64,000 bases of DNA from Tubiluchus corallicola (Eukaryota > Animalia > Priapulida), in NCBI GenBank assembly GCA_030141605.1, contig JAQGDQ010000917.1, positions 16,684 through 80,683 on the forward strand, read 5' to 3'. The notes beneath the pieces are model-generated. The model searched no databases. It was given only the letters and a program-made list of their open reading frames with translations, and had not been told where the DNA came from. Below are positions 39,856-50,793 of this stretch, in pieces (position 1 is the first letter of the stretch; the number at the start of each line of letters is the position of its first letter). The translations under genes were made by a program, and so were the position numbers.

Positions 39856-40339
39856 CTAGAATCAATATAGAAAATATAGTTTAACTAAAACAATTGACAG
39901 ATTAGGTAAGAAAACTGACCAATAGGTAAAGAGAAAACAAAACAATGGTAATGTTTAGTAAAGTATAAAGTCAAACCTCGTTATACAGACCCCCATATTA
40001 TCAAATTTATGTGTTAGATCAATTAAGGTCAAGAGAATGCAATTAATGTTTATTAAGTGACCAGATTAATTGAAACAACGTTGTAAATAGTAATAGTAGA
40101 ATTTTATGTAAGTGAGACATTGCTAATTACGCACGCCAACTCAGAAAAGATACAAGGTTTAATTAATACACATACGTAAAAAACTTGCTAAGTAACGGGT
40201 TAAACGGTTAGTGATTTTCTAAACAGTTACGCCAGTTAGCGATCAGGAAACAGTTTACCATTTTAACCCTAATAAACACCAGTGTAAAACGAAGTGATTC
40301 CTCTATCTATCAATCTGATTAGTTATCTCTCAGCCTCAC

Positions 40340-40423
40340 CTTTTCAGCAGCCTCCGCATCATGTAGATTATTTAGATAAATATCACCCAGCAAAATAAGA
40401 GCCTTGTGATGATGTGGATAGTG
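40340..40423 (-). CDS. TMTC3: TMTC3 exon
   Basis: HYPHHHKALILLGDIYLNNLHDAEAAEK, AG/GT borders, phase 0/0. Confidence 0.9.
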
Positions 40424-40433
40424 CTGAAAATAC

Positions 40434-40662
40434 AAAAACAATGTGATTATGTAATAAAAAACAATGTGATTATATAATAAAAAACAATGTGATTATATAA
40501 TAAAAAACAATGTGATTATATAATAAAAAACAATGTGATTATATAATAAAAACCAATGAGATTATATAATAAAAAACAATGTGATTATATAATAAAAAAC
40601 AATGTGATTATATAATAAAAACCAATGAGATTATATAATAAAAAACAATGTGATTATATAAT
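40434..40662. repeat. 23-bp minisatellite, about 10 copies, abutting a TMTC3 acceptor
   Basis: Unit aaaaaacaatgtgattatataat. Confidence 0.92.
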
Positions 40663-40995
40663 AGAAAAATCAAACTCAACAAACACAATAAAATTGTAAC
40701 GATCGAAATCTAGCGAAAGAAAATGACAATTTAAACAAAAATTATGATAATAACAAAAGAATACAGTGAAGATGCTGATTATTTGTAGTAAAAGAAGACA
40801 GAGAAAGCATTTGGACAACAAAGAAAAAGATAGTTTAACAGCCAATATGCAATATCTTCACAGTGGCAAGACGACAACCTTTGCTATCAATGTCAAAGAT
40901 TTCACACCTTTTTTGACTAAAGATTTTTCTTCTCCTGTTATTCTTTAACTATGAATGTAACAGCTAAGTGGTAAGAAGTTTGACGGTCTACGTAC

Positions 40996-41100
40996 CTTGA
41001 GCAGTTTTAACAAATAAGGCACGGCTTCTAATGGTCGTTGTATATCCGTGGCTAACATGAGAGCTAAATTAAACAACGCACTTCTGAAGTCTTCCTTTAT
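40996..41100 (-). CDS. TMTC3: TMTC3 exon
   Basis: IKEDFRSALFNLALMLATDIQRPLEAVPYLLKLLK matches TMTC3 DFRSALFNLAL. Confidence 0.93.
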
Positions 41101-41165
41101 CTGTATATAAACAAACAAATATGATCATTAAGGCCGGCCACAGAAAAATATGTTTCTGTCTTACC

Positions 41166-41628
41166 CAGGGATGAGAATGACAAATTGCAAAAAAACTCTG
41201 AAACAGGCCGGGGGGTTTGGGGGCCGCGTAGACCATAGAGAGCTTCTAAGTGGAGTTAAAATATCAGTTACCTTGTTTCATGCATAATTTAAAATACCCA
41301 ACTATCAAGGATACATGATACCTAATTGTCTCAAAAATGCCTAACTACTGGCCACTCCTATGTAAAAGTATATAAAAACTGTCTGCAATTGACTCAAATA
41401 ACTCCGCACAATTGATTCTATATTTTTATACATAGAGATATACACGTGGTTACACTGATGTACGAGATGTAAACAAAGTGACGGCCTGCCAACTAGCAGT
41501 CAGTTTGTGAAATAATGTACTGGGTCCGTAAAAATTTTCTCAACGAATTTACGCGATTTACAAAAATGGCACCACTGGTCTTCCAAAAACTCGGAATTCC
41601 GCGTATCCGTGGGAAATTCTCACCCCTG
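41166..41628 (+). mobile_element. hAT MITE with perfect 8-bp TSD gtcttacc
   Basis: gtcttacc-cagggatgagaat ... attctcacccctg-gtcttacc. Confidence 0.88.
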
Positions 41629-42168
41629 GTCTTACCTCATGAGCTCAAAAGATGTCAGTAAAAAGGGAGGAAAAAATATATTTAACATCAGTTGAAATCA
41701 AAGTTTGTTTATTTTCTTCTGGTTAGCAGTAATGTTTTAAGTTTTTTCAATGCACATTTTTTCACGCTTTGTTTTTTAGTTTCTCATTGCTAAATTATCA
41801 TATAATTATCGATTATTGTATAGTCGCTTTCTTGCGTCATGAAAGTGTATATTCTGATAATTATGGTGGTCATACGTTTGTAAAAATTTACCACTGAAGA
41901 GAGCCGTAGCGCCTGTTGAAACGTTTGATATGATTTTTTAACTGTGTAAATTTAAAGTTTTAATAAAGTTGTGGTGTTTTAATTATTTAGAATTTGTTTT
42001 ATAATTTCCGGTTTTGTTTAAAAGCGACGTTAATGAGTTATTCATTTGCAAAGTGCTAGAAACCATCTATTATGCATAAACAAGAAATTACAAATACGTC
42101 CTTCAGCTACTAGCTACGATCCCCAACTTTTGGTTAAGTTTGTAAAACTGACTGACTAACTAACTTAC

Positions 42169-42289
42169 CCCAATTGCTTTTTTGAACCAAATCTGAGCTT
42201 TCTCATAATCGCCGTCATCGGTCGCTAAAATTCCCAAGTTAAAATAAATCTTTTCGTTGTCCGGTTCGAAGTCCAGAAGGCGAAATAAC
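42169..42289 (-). CDS. TMTC3: TMTC3 exon
   Basis: LFRLLDFEPDNEKIYFNLGILATDDGDYEKAQIWFKKAIG, phase 2/0. Confidence 0.92.
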
Positions 42290-43115
42290 CTAAAATAAAA
42301 TAAGACTTATTTTAAACATTTTCCGGGGTAGTTTGCGTTTCTCTAATGCAGACTTAAGAAAACACGCAGGTTGAATCCGGCCAATAACCAATTAACTAAT
42401 AACAAAGGTGGCGTTTGTCCACCACTAGGTGTCTCTTGCGGCTGCTAACAAGACTGCTGAGCTGTTGCATCATGTACCGGGGGTGAGAGAGGTGTGCAGT
42501 AGACAATAACGCAGAATATTTTCACGTTAGTAATTAATATTGCTTGTTTTCAGCACTAGAATTGGCATTGGGGAACTCGGTTATTTGTAACAAATGGCTT
42601 GTATGAGTCCTGTTATAAATATTTGGTCTTTTGGTGCCACAGAGTATTAACGCTTATTGCTACCATTTTCTGCTCATATTTATTTGTGGTCTCACATCTG
42701 TGACGGAGATACATTCACCTCATAATCACGGAAACCAATAACTTTGTGATTTAACGAGTTTTGGCAGTTTTGCACCACTTTAAGTAACGCAGAGCAAAAT
42801 TATTAGAGCAAATTTAGCCTAATAAATATTCCAGTTGAAGCTAGTAAGTTAACACTTGGCACAATAGGACTAGCCTGTTTCGAAGTCGACTAGCCCCGAT
42901 CACTGTTAATTAAGTGTTACATATTTTCACAGCAACAGCTAACAATAGGGCTTGCGTACGGATTCAGTCTGCGCGGTCTTCATGTAAACTCCGTATAATA
43001 CTCCTAATAAAGCTGCTTTCATACCGGCCAGTTATTCAGATGAAGCACGAATATTTTTAAACTCATTTTTAGCCAGAAACAGTAAACTCCGCTTCCGTGA
43101 CTTTTTAAGAATACG

Positions 43116-45696
43116 AGTCTCTCACCTGTTATAGCCTAGAGGCCTGAGGTCTTCTCTGCCGAGTTCTTGTATGAGAATAGCAGAGTCTCTCACCTGTTAT
43201 AGCCTAGAGGCCTGAGGTCTTCTCTGCCGAGTTCTTGTATGAGAATAGCAGAGTCTCTCACCTGTTATAGCCTAGAGGCCTGAGGTCTTCTCTGCCGAGT
43301 TCTTGTATGAGAATAGCAGATTCTCTCACCTGTCATAGCCTAGAGGCCTGAGGTCTTCTCTGCCGAGTTCTTGTATCAAAATAGCAGATTCTCTCACCTG
43401 TCATAGCCTAGAGGCCTGAGGTCTTCTCTGCCGAGTTCTTGTATGAGAATAGCAGATTCTCTCACCTGTTATAGCCTAGAGGCCTGAGGTCTTCTCTGCC
43501 AAGTTCTTGTATGAGAATAGCAGATTCTCTCACCTGTCATAGCCTAGAGGCCTGAGGTCTTCTCTGCCGAGTTCTTGTATGAGAATAGCAGATTCTCTCA
43601 CCTGTTATAGCCTAGAGGCCTGAGGTCTTCTCTGCCGAGTTCTTGTATGAGAATAGCAGATTCTCTCACCTGTCATAGCCTAGAGGCCTGAGGTCTTCTC
43701 TGCCGAGTTCTTGTATGAGAATAGCAGATTCTCTCACCTGTTATAGCCCAGAGGCCTGAGGTCTTCTCTGCCGAGTTCTTGTATGAGAATAGTAGATTCC
43801 CTCACCTGTTATAGCCTAGAGGCCTGAGGTCTTCTCTGCCGAGTCCTTGTATGAGAATAGCAGATTCTCTCACCTGTTATAGCCTAGAGGCCTGAGGTCT
43901 TCTCTGCCGAGTTCTTGTATGAGAATAGCAGATTCTCTCACCTGTTATAGCCTAGAGGCCTGAGGTCTTCTCTGCCGAGTTCTTGTATGAGAATAGCAGA
44001 TTCTCTCACCTGTCATAGCCTAGAGGCCTGAGGTCTTCTCTGCCGAGTTCTTGTATGAGAATAGCAGAGTCTCTCACCTGTTATAGCCCAGAGGCCTGAG
44101 GTCTTCTCTGCCGAGTTCTTGTATGAGAATAGTAGATTCCCTCACCTGTTATAGCCTAGAGGCCTGAGGTCTTCTCTGCCGAGTTCTTGTATGAGAATAG
44201 CAGATTCTCTCACCTGTTATAGCCCAGAGGCCCGAGGTCTTCTCTGCCGAGTTCTTGTATGAGAATAGCAGATTCTCTCACCTGTTATAGCCTAGAGGCC
44301 TGAGGTCTTCTCTGCCCAGTTCTTGTATAAGAATAGCAGATTCCCTCACCTGTTATAGCCCAGAGGCCTGAGGTCTTCTCTGCCGAGTTCTTGTATGAGA
44401 ATAGCAGATTCTCTCACCTGTTATAGCCCTGAGGTCTGAGGTCTTCTCTGCCGAGTTCTTGTATGAGAATAGTAGATTCCCTCACCTGTTATAGCCTAGA
44501 GGCCTGAGGTCTTCTCTGCCGAGTTCTTGTATGAGAATAGCAGATTCTCTCACCTGTTATAGCCCAGAGGCCTGAGGTCTTCTCTGCCGAGTTCTTGTAT
44601 GAGAATAGCAGATTCTCTCACCTGTTATAGCCCAGAGGTCTGAGGTCTTCTCTGCCGAGTTCTTGTATGAGAATAGTAGATTCCCTCACCTGTTATAGCC
44701 TAGAGGCCTGAGGTCTTCTCTGCCGAGTTCTTGTATGAGAATAGTAGATTCCCTCACCTGTTATAGCCTAGAGGTCTGAGGTCTTCTCTGCCGAGTTCTT
44801 GTATGAGAATAGTAGATTCCCTCACCTGTTATAGCCTAGAGGCCTGAGGTCTTCTCTGCCGAGTTCTTGTATGAGAATGGCAGATTCTCTCACCTGTTAT
44901 AGCCTAGAGGCCTGAGGTCTTCTCTACCGAGTTCTTGTATGAGAATGGCAGATTCTCTCACCTGTTATAGCCTAGAGGTCTGAGGTCTTCTCTGCCGAGT
45001 TCTTGTATGAGAATAGCAGATTCTCTCACCTGTTATAGCCCAGAGGTCTGAGGTCTTCTCTGCCGAGTTCTTGTATGAGAATAGCAGATTCTCTCACCTG
45101 TTATAGCCTAGAGGCCTGAGGTCTTCTCTGCCGAGTTCTTGTATGAGAATAGCAGATTCTCTCACCTGTTATAGCCTAGGGGCCTGAGGTCTTCTCTGCC
45201 GAGTTCTTGTATGAGAATAGTAGATTCTCTCACCTGTCATAGCCTAGAGGCCTGAGGTCTTCTCTGCCGAGTTCCTGTATGAGAATAGCAGATTCTCTCA
45301 CCTGTTATAGCCTAGAGGCCTGAGGTCTTCTCTGCCGAGTTCTTGTATGAGAATAGCAGATTCTCTCACCTGTTATAGCCTAGAGGTCTGAGGTCTTCTC
45401 TGCCGAGTTCTTGTATGAGAATAGCAGATTCTCTCACCTGTTATAGCCCAGAGGTCTGAGGTCTTCTCTGCCGAGTTCTTGTATGAGAATAGCAGATTCT
45501 CTCACCTGTTATAGCCTAGAGGTCTGAGGTCTTCTCTGCCGAGTTCTTGTATGAGAATAGCAGATTCTCTCACCTGTTATAGCCTAGAGGCCTGAGGTCT
45601 TCTCTGCCGAGTTCTTGTATGAGAATAGCAGATTCTCTCACCTGTTATAGCCTAGAGGCCTGAGGTCTTCTCTGCCGAGTTCTTGTATGAGAATGG
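43116..45696. repeat. 68-bp tandem array, 38 copies, made of the 3' end of the TMTC3 exon 45642-45802 plus its GTGAG donor
   Basis: ctcacctg recurs every 68 bp from 43121 to 45637. The last copy overlaps the real exon. Confidence 0.97.
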
Positions 45697-45802
45697 CCGA
45701 GTTCATGAGAGACTGCCGATGACCGGGGTCCAGAGTCAACGCTTTCTCAAAGTATTCCAGCGCTTCGAAATGCTGATTCAACTCCACCAACACAACGGCA
45801 AG
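45642..45802 (-). CDS. TMTC3: TMTC3 exon
   Basis: LAVVLVELNQHFEALEYFEKALTLDPGHRQSLMNSAILIQELGREDLRPLGYNR resembles TMTC3 NSAIVMQESGEVKLRP. Phase 0/2. Confidence 0.92.
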
Positions 45803-46427
45803 CTGGAAACGGAAACGGTGTTATACAGACTCCATGGTCATATTAGTGTAAACATGCACAAGCAAACAAAATCTCAAAATAGATAAAACAGTTTCAAAAG
45901 CTAAGACATGGAAGAACCAGCCTCCAGGAATTAAAGGAAGACAGGATGATTTTTCATATTTCTCATTTTTAAGTCAGATAAAAAGTAGAGATTCCCAATT
46001 AATACTGCAAAAGTGTTTCTGATAATTAAATAATAGATTAAAAACTTAATTAACGACAGACAAGCCAAACTATTGATGACATCACAAACTAACATAATTT
46101 TCAACAACAAAAACATTCTACGTGCGTTGTTCAATTTTTAGTCTAATAAGCTGTCTTAGGTCAAACTGTAAAATATGTTTAATAAGTATGAAAAACTGCA
46201 TGTTTGCACTGTAAATGAAAGTCGTCAACAAAGCAACTCACGACAAACATTGCTTGGGTAATGAGTATTTGATAATACGCAGCACGCTGTGTGCGTTAGA
46301 ACTGACAAATAGCCGAGTGGTCACGGTGACTGCTTAGCCACACTCGACCAGGCAGAATGTGAGAATGAGAAAAACCCAGCAAGTACAAAGACTGCACCGG
46401 ACGCACCAGATGCAGAAATTGTCTTAC

Positions 46428-46583
46428 GTTATAGTAAATATCGGGGTTGTCGTTGTCGTATCTCAGAGCCGTTTTGTACGAAGCATGAGCGTCTAGCGTT
46501 CTGTTCATTCGCAGTAAAACATCACCTCTGTTGATGAGAGCTTGTGTCAGGTCACTACGCATGCTGATGGCTTGACGGTACAG
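46428..46583 (-). CDS. TMTC3: TMTC3 exon
   Basis: LYRQAISMRSDLTQALINRGDVLLRMNRT...DIYYN matches TMTC3 LYRQAISMR. Confidence 0.95.
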
Positions 46584-46940
46584 CTGCAAAGAAAATAAAC
46601 GATGAGAGCTTGTGTCAGGTCACTACGCATGCTGATGGCTTGATGGTACAGCTGCAAAGAAAATAAACGATGAGAGCTTGTGTCAGGTCACTACGCATGC
46701 TGATGGCTTGACGGTACAGCTGCAAAGAAAATAAACGATGAGAGCTTGTGTTAGGTCACTACGCATGCTGATGGCTTGACGGTACAGCTGCAAAGAAAAT
46801 AAACGATGAGAGCTTGTGTCAGGTCACTACGCATGCTGATGGCTTGACGGTACAGCTGCAAAGAAAATAAACGATGAGAGCTTGTGTCAGGTCGCTACGC
46901 ATGCTGATGGCTTGACGGTACAGCTGCAAAGAAAATAAAC
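46533..46940. repeat. 68-bp tandem array, 6 copies, made of a TMTC3 acceptor plus the first 51 nt of exon 46428-46583
   Basis: gatgagagcttgtg starts at 46533, 46601, 46669, 46737, 46805 and 46873. Confidence 0.96.
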
Positions 46941-47121
46941 CAAACGTCAGAAAATGCGCTAAATGTAACGGTAACGCTGAAAAATTTAAAACACGGGACA
47001 ATGTTCCACATCCGGATCACACTGATATGAGTAATTGCAAAGTATATTAAAGTAACGTTCTCCCAACGTTTACCATTGTTGTTAGCAGGTGGCACTTAGA
47101 GTTAATTGGCGAAGAACAAAC

Positions 47122-47668
47122 TTAAAGGAAAACCAGACGATTGTTTAAACTCAATCTGATTTTAATTTACTGTCTAAAATATATATTTTCTTGCCTATAA
47201 AGGTTAGCAATTGTTTTTAATAACTGAATAATTACCTTGGAAAGTTTATTAACGGCAACCAAACTCAGCTATCGCTTACAACACAAACTAACCACAGTTA
47301 GTTTGGTAGGTATAACCAATGGTAGGCATCTTCCGAGTGCATCAAATGTAAGTGAAGATTGCTATAAGACACTGATGTGACGTCACGAAAACGGGCTCTA
47401 CATCACAGATGAACACTGCAGTTCATGATCATGCTTATCAAGGTACTGCGCCTATTTGTCGGCCATGTGAATGCGACGAAAAGGCGCCATTGCCAGTTTT
47501 AGTGGATTCACTAAGCCGGAATCAAGAAAGTTTAACAAAATGTAACTACCCGAGGTGATTATTATTTAATCTAAACTTCGATTAAAAAAAAGCTGCTGTA
47601 GTTTTCAATATTTTAGAGCATTCTTAATTTTGAACTAATGTCTACGCGATCGTCCGTTTTTCCTTTAA
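47122..47668 (+). mobile_element. Family A MITE, full length, TTAA at both ends (Kolobok-like)
   Basis: ttaa-aggaaaaccagacgat ... atcgtccgtttttcct-ttaa. Confidence 0.82.
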
Positions 47669-48391
47669 TGCGATAATACGAAACTGTTACCTTAAAAAGT
47701 AACATTCTTATACATGTTTTCCATTGTTATCAACAGGTGGCATCTAGAGTTAACTGGTGAAGAAGAAAGTCATGCAACCACTTGCTAATCTTATTTCCTT
47801 GATTTTCCTTGAAATGCAGGTCATTCGTCTAAAATTTTGCCTTTGACGCATCAGAGATACGGGTAGATCACGGTAGTAAGTTATCTTTTGTGGATATCAA
47901 GATTATTTTGGAAATATGTAAATATCAATATAGCATGGAAATTCAATCAACTTTGTATTTCTTCAGTTCGCAAATAAATTATGAACCATTTTAAATGTTT
48001 GAAGAAGTTTTTGAATTTAATTTGTAAAGAAATACCTCCCCCGCGATTACCCCCTCCGAATCATACCATGTTTACACACACGCCATGGAAACATCACGTG
48101 CGCAAACTCGTATGAGTAAGCGGTGCGGTTCAAATCTAGCGTGCGCCAGTGAGAATGTCCAACATGGCAGCATCCTCGTAACATACGCGAGTGAAAAACT
48201 TTTTACAATTTACCGTTTAGATGTTTCTTACGCAAACAGATTAACTGAAACAACATTGTGAATAGGAAAATTTTACGTAATCAATAAATGCATGGTGTCA
48301 TCCGGAACGGTTAAACGGTCAACCGACAACAATCAATAATGTTTAAACTTTTAGTTAAAAAGGCCAACCATCTCAGCCCCACTCCACTCAC

Positions 48392-48505
48392 CGTATCAGC
48401 CTCTTCTAATCTGGAAGCATTTTTAGATATCAAATTAGCTAAGTTGACATAAACGTTTAGGTAGTTTGGTGCTATTCTAGCTTGATACGCTTGACCGGGT
48501 TGAAC
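48392..48505 (-). CDS. TMTC3: TMTC3 exon
   Basis: [38 protein letters not shown] matches TMTC3 ARIAPNHLNVYINLANLI and SRLEEAD. Confidence 0.95.
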
Positions 48506-48673
48506 CTGTAAATGAATAACAGCACAAATTAGGCACCAAGGTAAACAGTATATGCACGATGAGTCAGAAACTCAAGTTTTTTAACTATAATCCAAATTTA
48601 TACTAAAACTTTTGCAGTTTCTAAACTTCGTGATTATAAAGTAGTTTAAATAAGTATCACACAGAAAAATGTA

Positions 48674-49488
48674 CCGTATATACTCGCATATAAGCCGAAT
48701 TTAGAACTATAAAATACAATACTGAAATCAGGGGGTCGGCTTATATGCGCATGAAACAAAATGAACACAAGGACAGACACTAATGCCAATTTTCCAGCCA
48801 CACATTTTCATCGCTATCTGACTCTTTATTTGGTTGTGTGTCACCAGTGGTGTATTGGAGGGGGATCGTGGGGGATCGCCGTCCACCCACTTTTTTTTTA
48901 GAAAAAATTCACATTTCAATAAATGTCTGCTTTTTGTATTCATTAGATAAAAAATATTAAAAATGTATACGGGTTTAATATTAAATCTACTTGTTTTCAT
49001 TTTTTCAAAAAACGGTTTTAAATAATGTCAATTTCTTTCAAATTTGTGAATGTAAAATGGTAAGTCTTGAGGCTAGCCGTCCACCTACTTTTTATTTAGC
49101 AATACACCACTGTGTGTCACCAGTTGCGAGCCGTAACCAAGCCGACGTCATCAGCCAATTGGTAGGCAGCGCGTGGGGAGACGAGGGTCACGTGGCTTAT
49201 AGAGGTACAGCAAACCAATGAGGCAAACGTGAGCACGCGGCCACAGAATTTAAAAGTGTGCTGAATTTTGATAACTTTAGTTGTAAAATTATTTGTGCAA
49301 TACACCATGCCTGGAGAAAAAAGAAAACGTATGTCCTATACTGCTGACTTCAAGCTAAAAGTGATGGAGTAAAATTAGACAAGTTGATGGTCGGCTTATA
49401 TACGGGTTTTTGCAAAAACTGGCCATTTTAAAGCAGTTTTAGGGGGTCGGCTTATATGCGATGTAGGCTTATATGCGAGTATATACGG
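48674..49488 (+). mobile_element. pogo-family transposon deletion derivative with TA TSD, containing a nested hAT MITE (48845-49112)
   Basis: TIR ccgtatatactcgcatataagcc. Transposase N-terminal remnant MPGEKRKRMSYTADFKLKVME at 49307-49372. Nested TIR cagtggtgtattg with TSD tgtgtcac. Confidence 0.9.
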
Positions 49489-49495
49489 TACCAAT

Positions 49496-49862
49496 AACCC
49501 TTTTCATTGTACGCATGCGGAGTTGCTATATGTCAAAAGTTAAGTGTACCACAGCAATGCATCTTAACTACAACCGTCACGAGATATGATGGTAAAGCAA
49601 AGCTGTCTGCCAGATCAGTTCAGTAATGTCGGTTGTTATATATATTTAATTATGTGTTAGTCTGTGCATACATAGAGTGATTAACTAGCAGGATCTTGCT
49701 TGGAACAAGAAAAAATGAACTAGGTAAGGTTCTAGCTAGCTGTTGAAACTGTTGCTATTACAACAACAAGGGCTGAGAGGCGTTGTCAAATGTACACAAA
49801 TGCATCTGGTGCATTTAACTCTGACCTCATCATCATCAGTTGTCGGAACTGTGAAAAGGTTC
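49496..49862 (-). mobile_element. Family B MITE, inverted
   Basis: Shared core and end aactgtgaaaaggttc-at. Confidence 0.72.
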
Positions 49863-50119
49863 ATTTGTTTTGATTGGCTGGCTAGTTTGAAGTGCTAATC
49901 AGACGCGCAGACATCAAGCAAAGGACAATTAAATATTTAATTAATTTTTTGTTGATAAATTAAATTTGCCTCCAATGTGAAAACATCGTTAATAAATTGC
50001 TACATAAACTAAAACTTTTTTCAACATGATCTTGCCTGTATTTTAATCTGTTTAACACACTTTTAATGTTTCCTAACTAGAAAAACTCTTAAGTTCTGTA
50101 GTAATGGTATATGGTATAC

Positions 50120-50533
50120 CAGGGGTGTACAAATTATCTGACTAGCCAGGCCACATTAAACATTCCCGCAATTCCTGTGGGCCAGAGGCAGTTTGGTCAA
50201 GGAGCCAAGTACAGTAGGACCTAATAACGATTTTTTTGCATCCGATTTGCGCACATCATTACTACTGCACTGCTATACTGAAGAAACTATTTTAGAAGTT
50301 ATTAAAATTTATATTAAAAACCATATATTTCATCATGTCCGACACTGACATTATGTGACAACGGTCTCGTAAGGGTTAATGCCATCTGATCTAGAGGAAA
50401 AACTACCCGCACTATCTTTGCGACATTGGCGCGGACTTCAGCTGGATTGCGTGGGCCGCACTTTCATTACGTTTACAAACCTCTTCGCGGGTCGCACAAG
50501 ATCTCTCGACGGGCCGCAGTTTGCACACCCCTG
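50120..50533. mobile_element. hAT-Charlie-like MITE
   Basis: TIR caggggtgtacaaa / tttgcacacccctg and near-TSD tggtatac / cggtagac. Confidence 0.7.
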
Positions 50534-50678
50534 CGGTAGACTGTATGTTTCTTTTCCTTACGTTTTTGATGTAATTGGTTGGTGTGAAACAAGCCAAACC
50601 GGGCTTTGAAACAATTATACAGTTCAAACGAAGTCTAACTACACAACAACAAGAACAACTGTACATTTAGTTTTGTAC

Positions 50679-50793
50679 CTGAGGCATGAGAGCCATTGCT
50701 TTCTTGTACGCTGACTCGGCTTGCTCGTAAAGTTTCATTGCTGCATAAGTTCTACCAATGTTAATATGAGCGCCAATATCATCTGGTTGAATG
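50679..50793 (-). CDS. TMTC3: TMTC3 exon
   Basis: IQPDDIGAHINIGRTYAAMKLYEQAESAYKKAMALMPQ matches TMTC3 QPDDIGAHMNVGRTY. Confidence 0.95.

Noticed and set aside
43116-45696. CRISPR array
   Set aside because: Units are contiguous near-identical 68-mers with no unique spacers, there are no cas genes, and the unit is a TMTC3 exon end in a eukaryotic intron.
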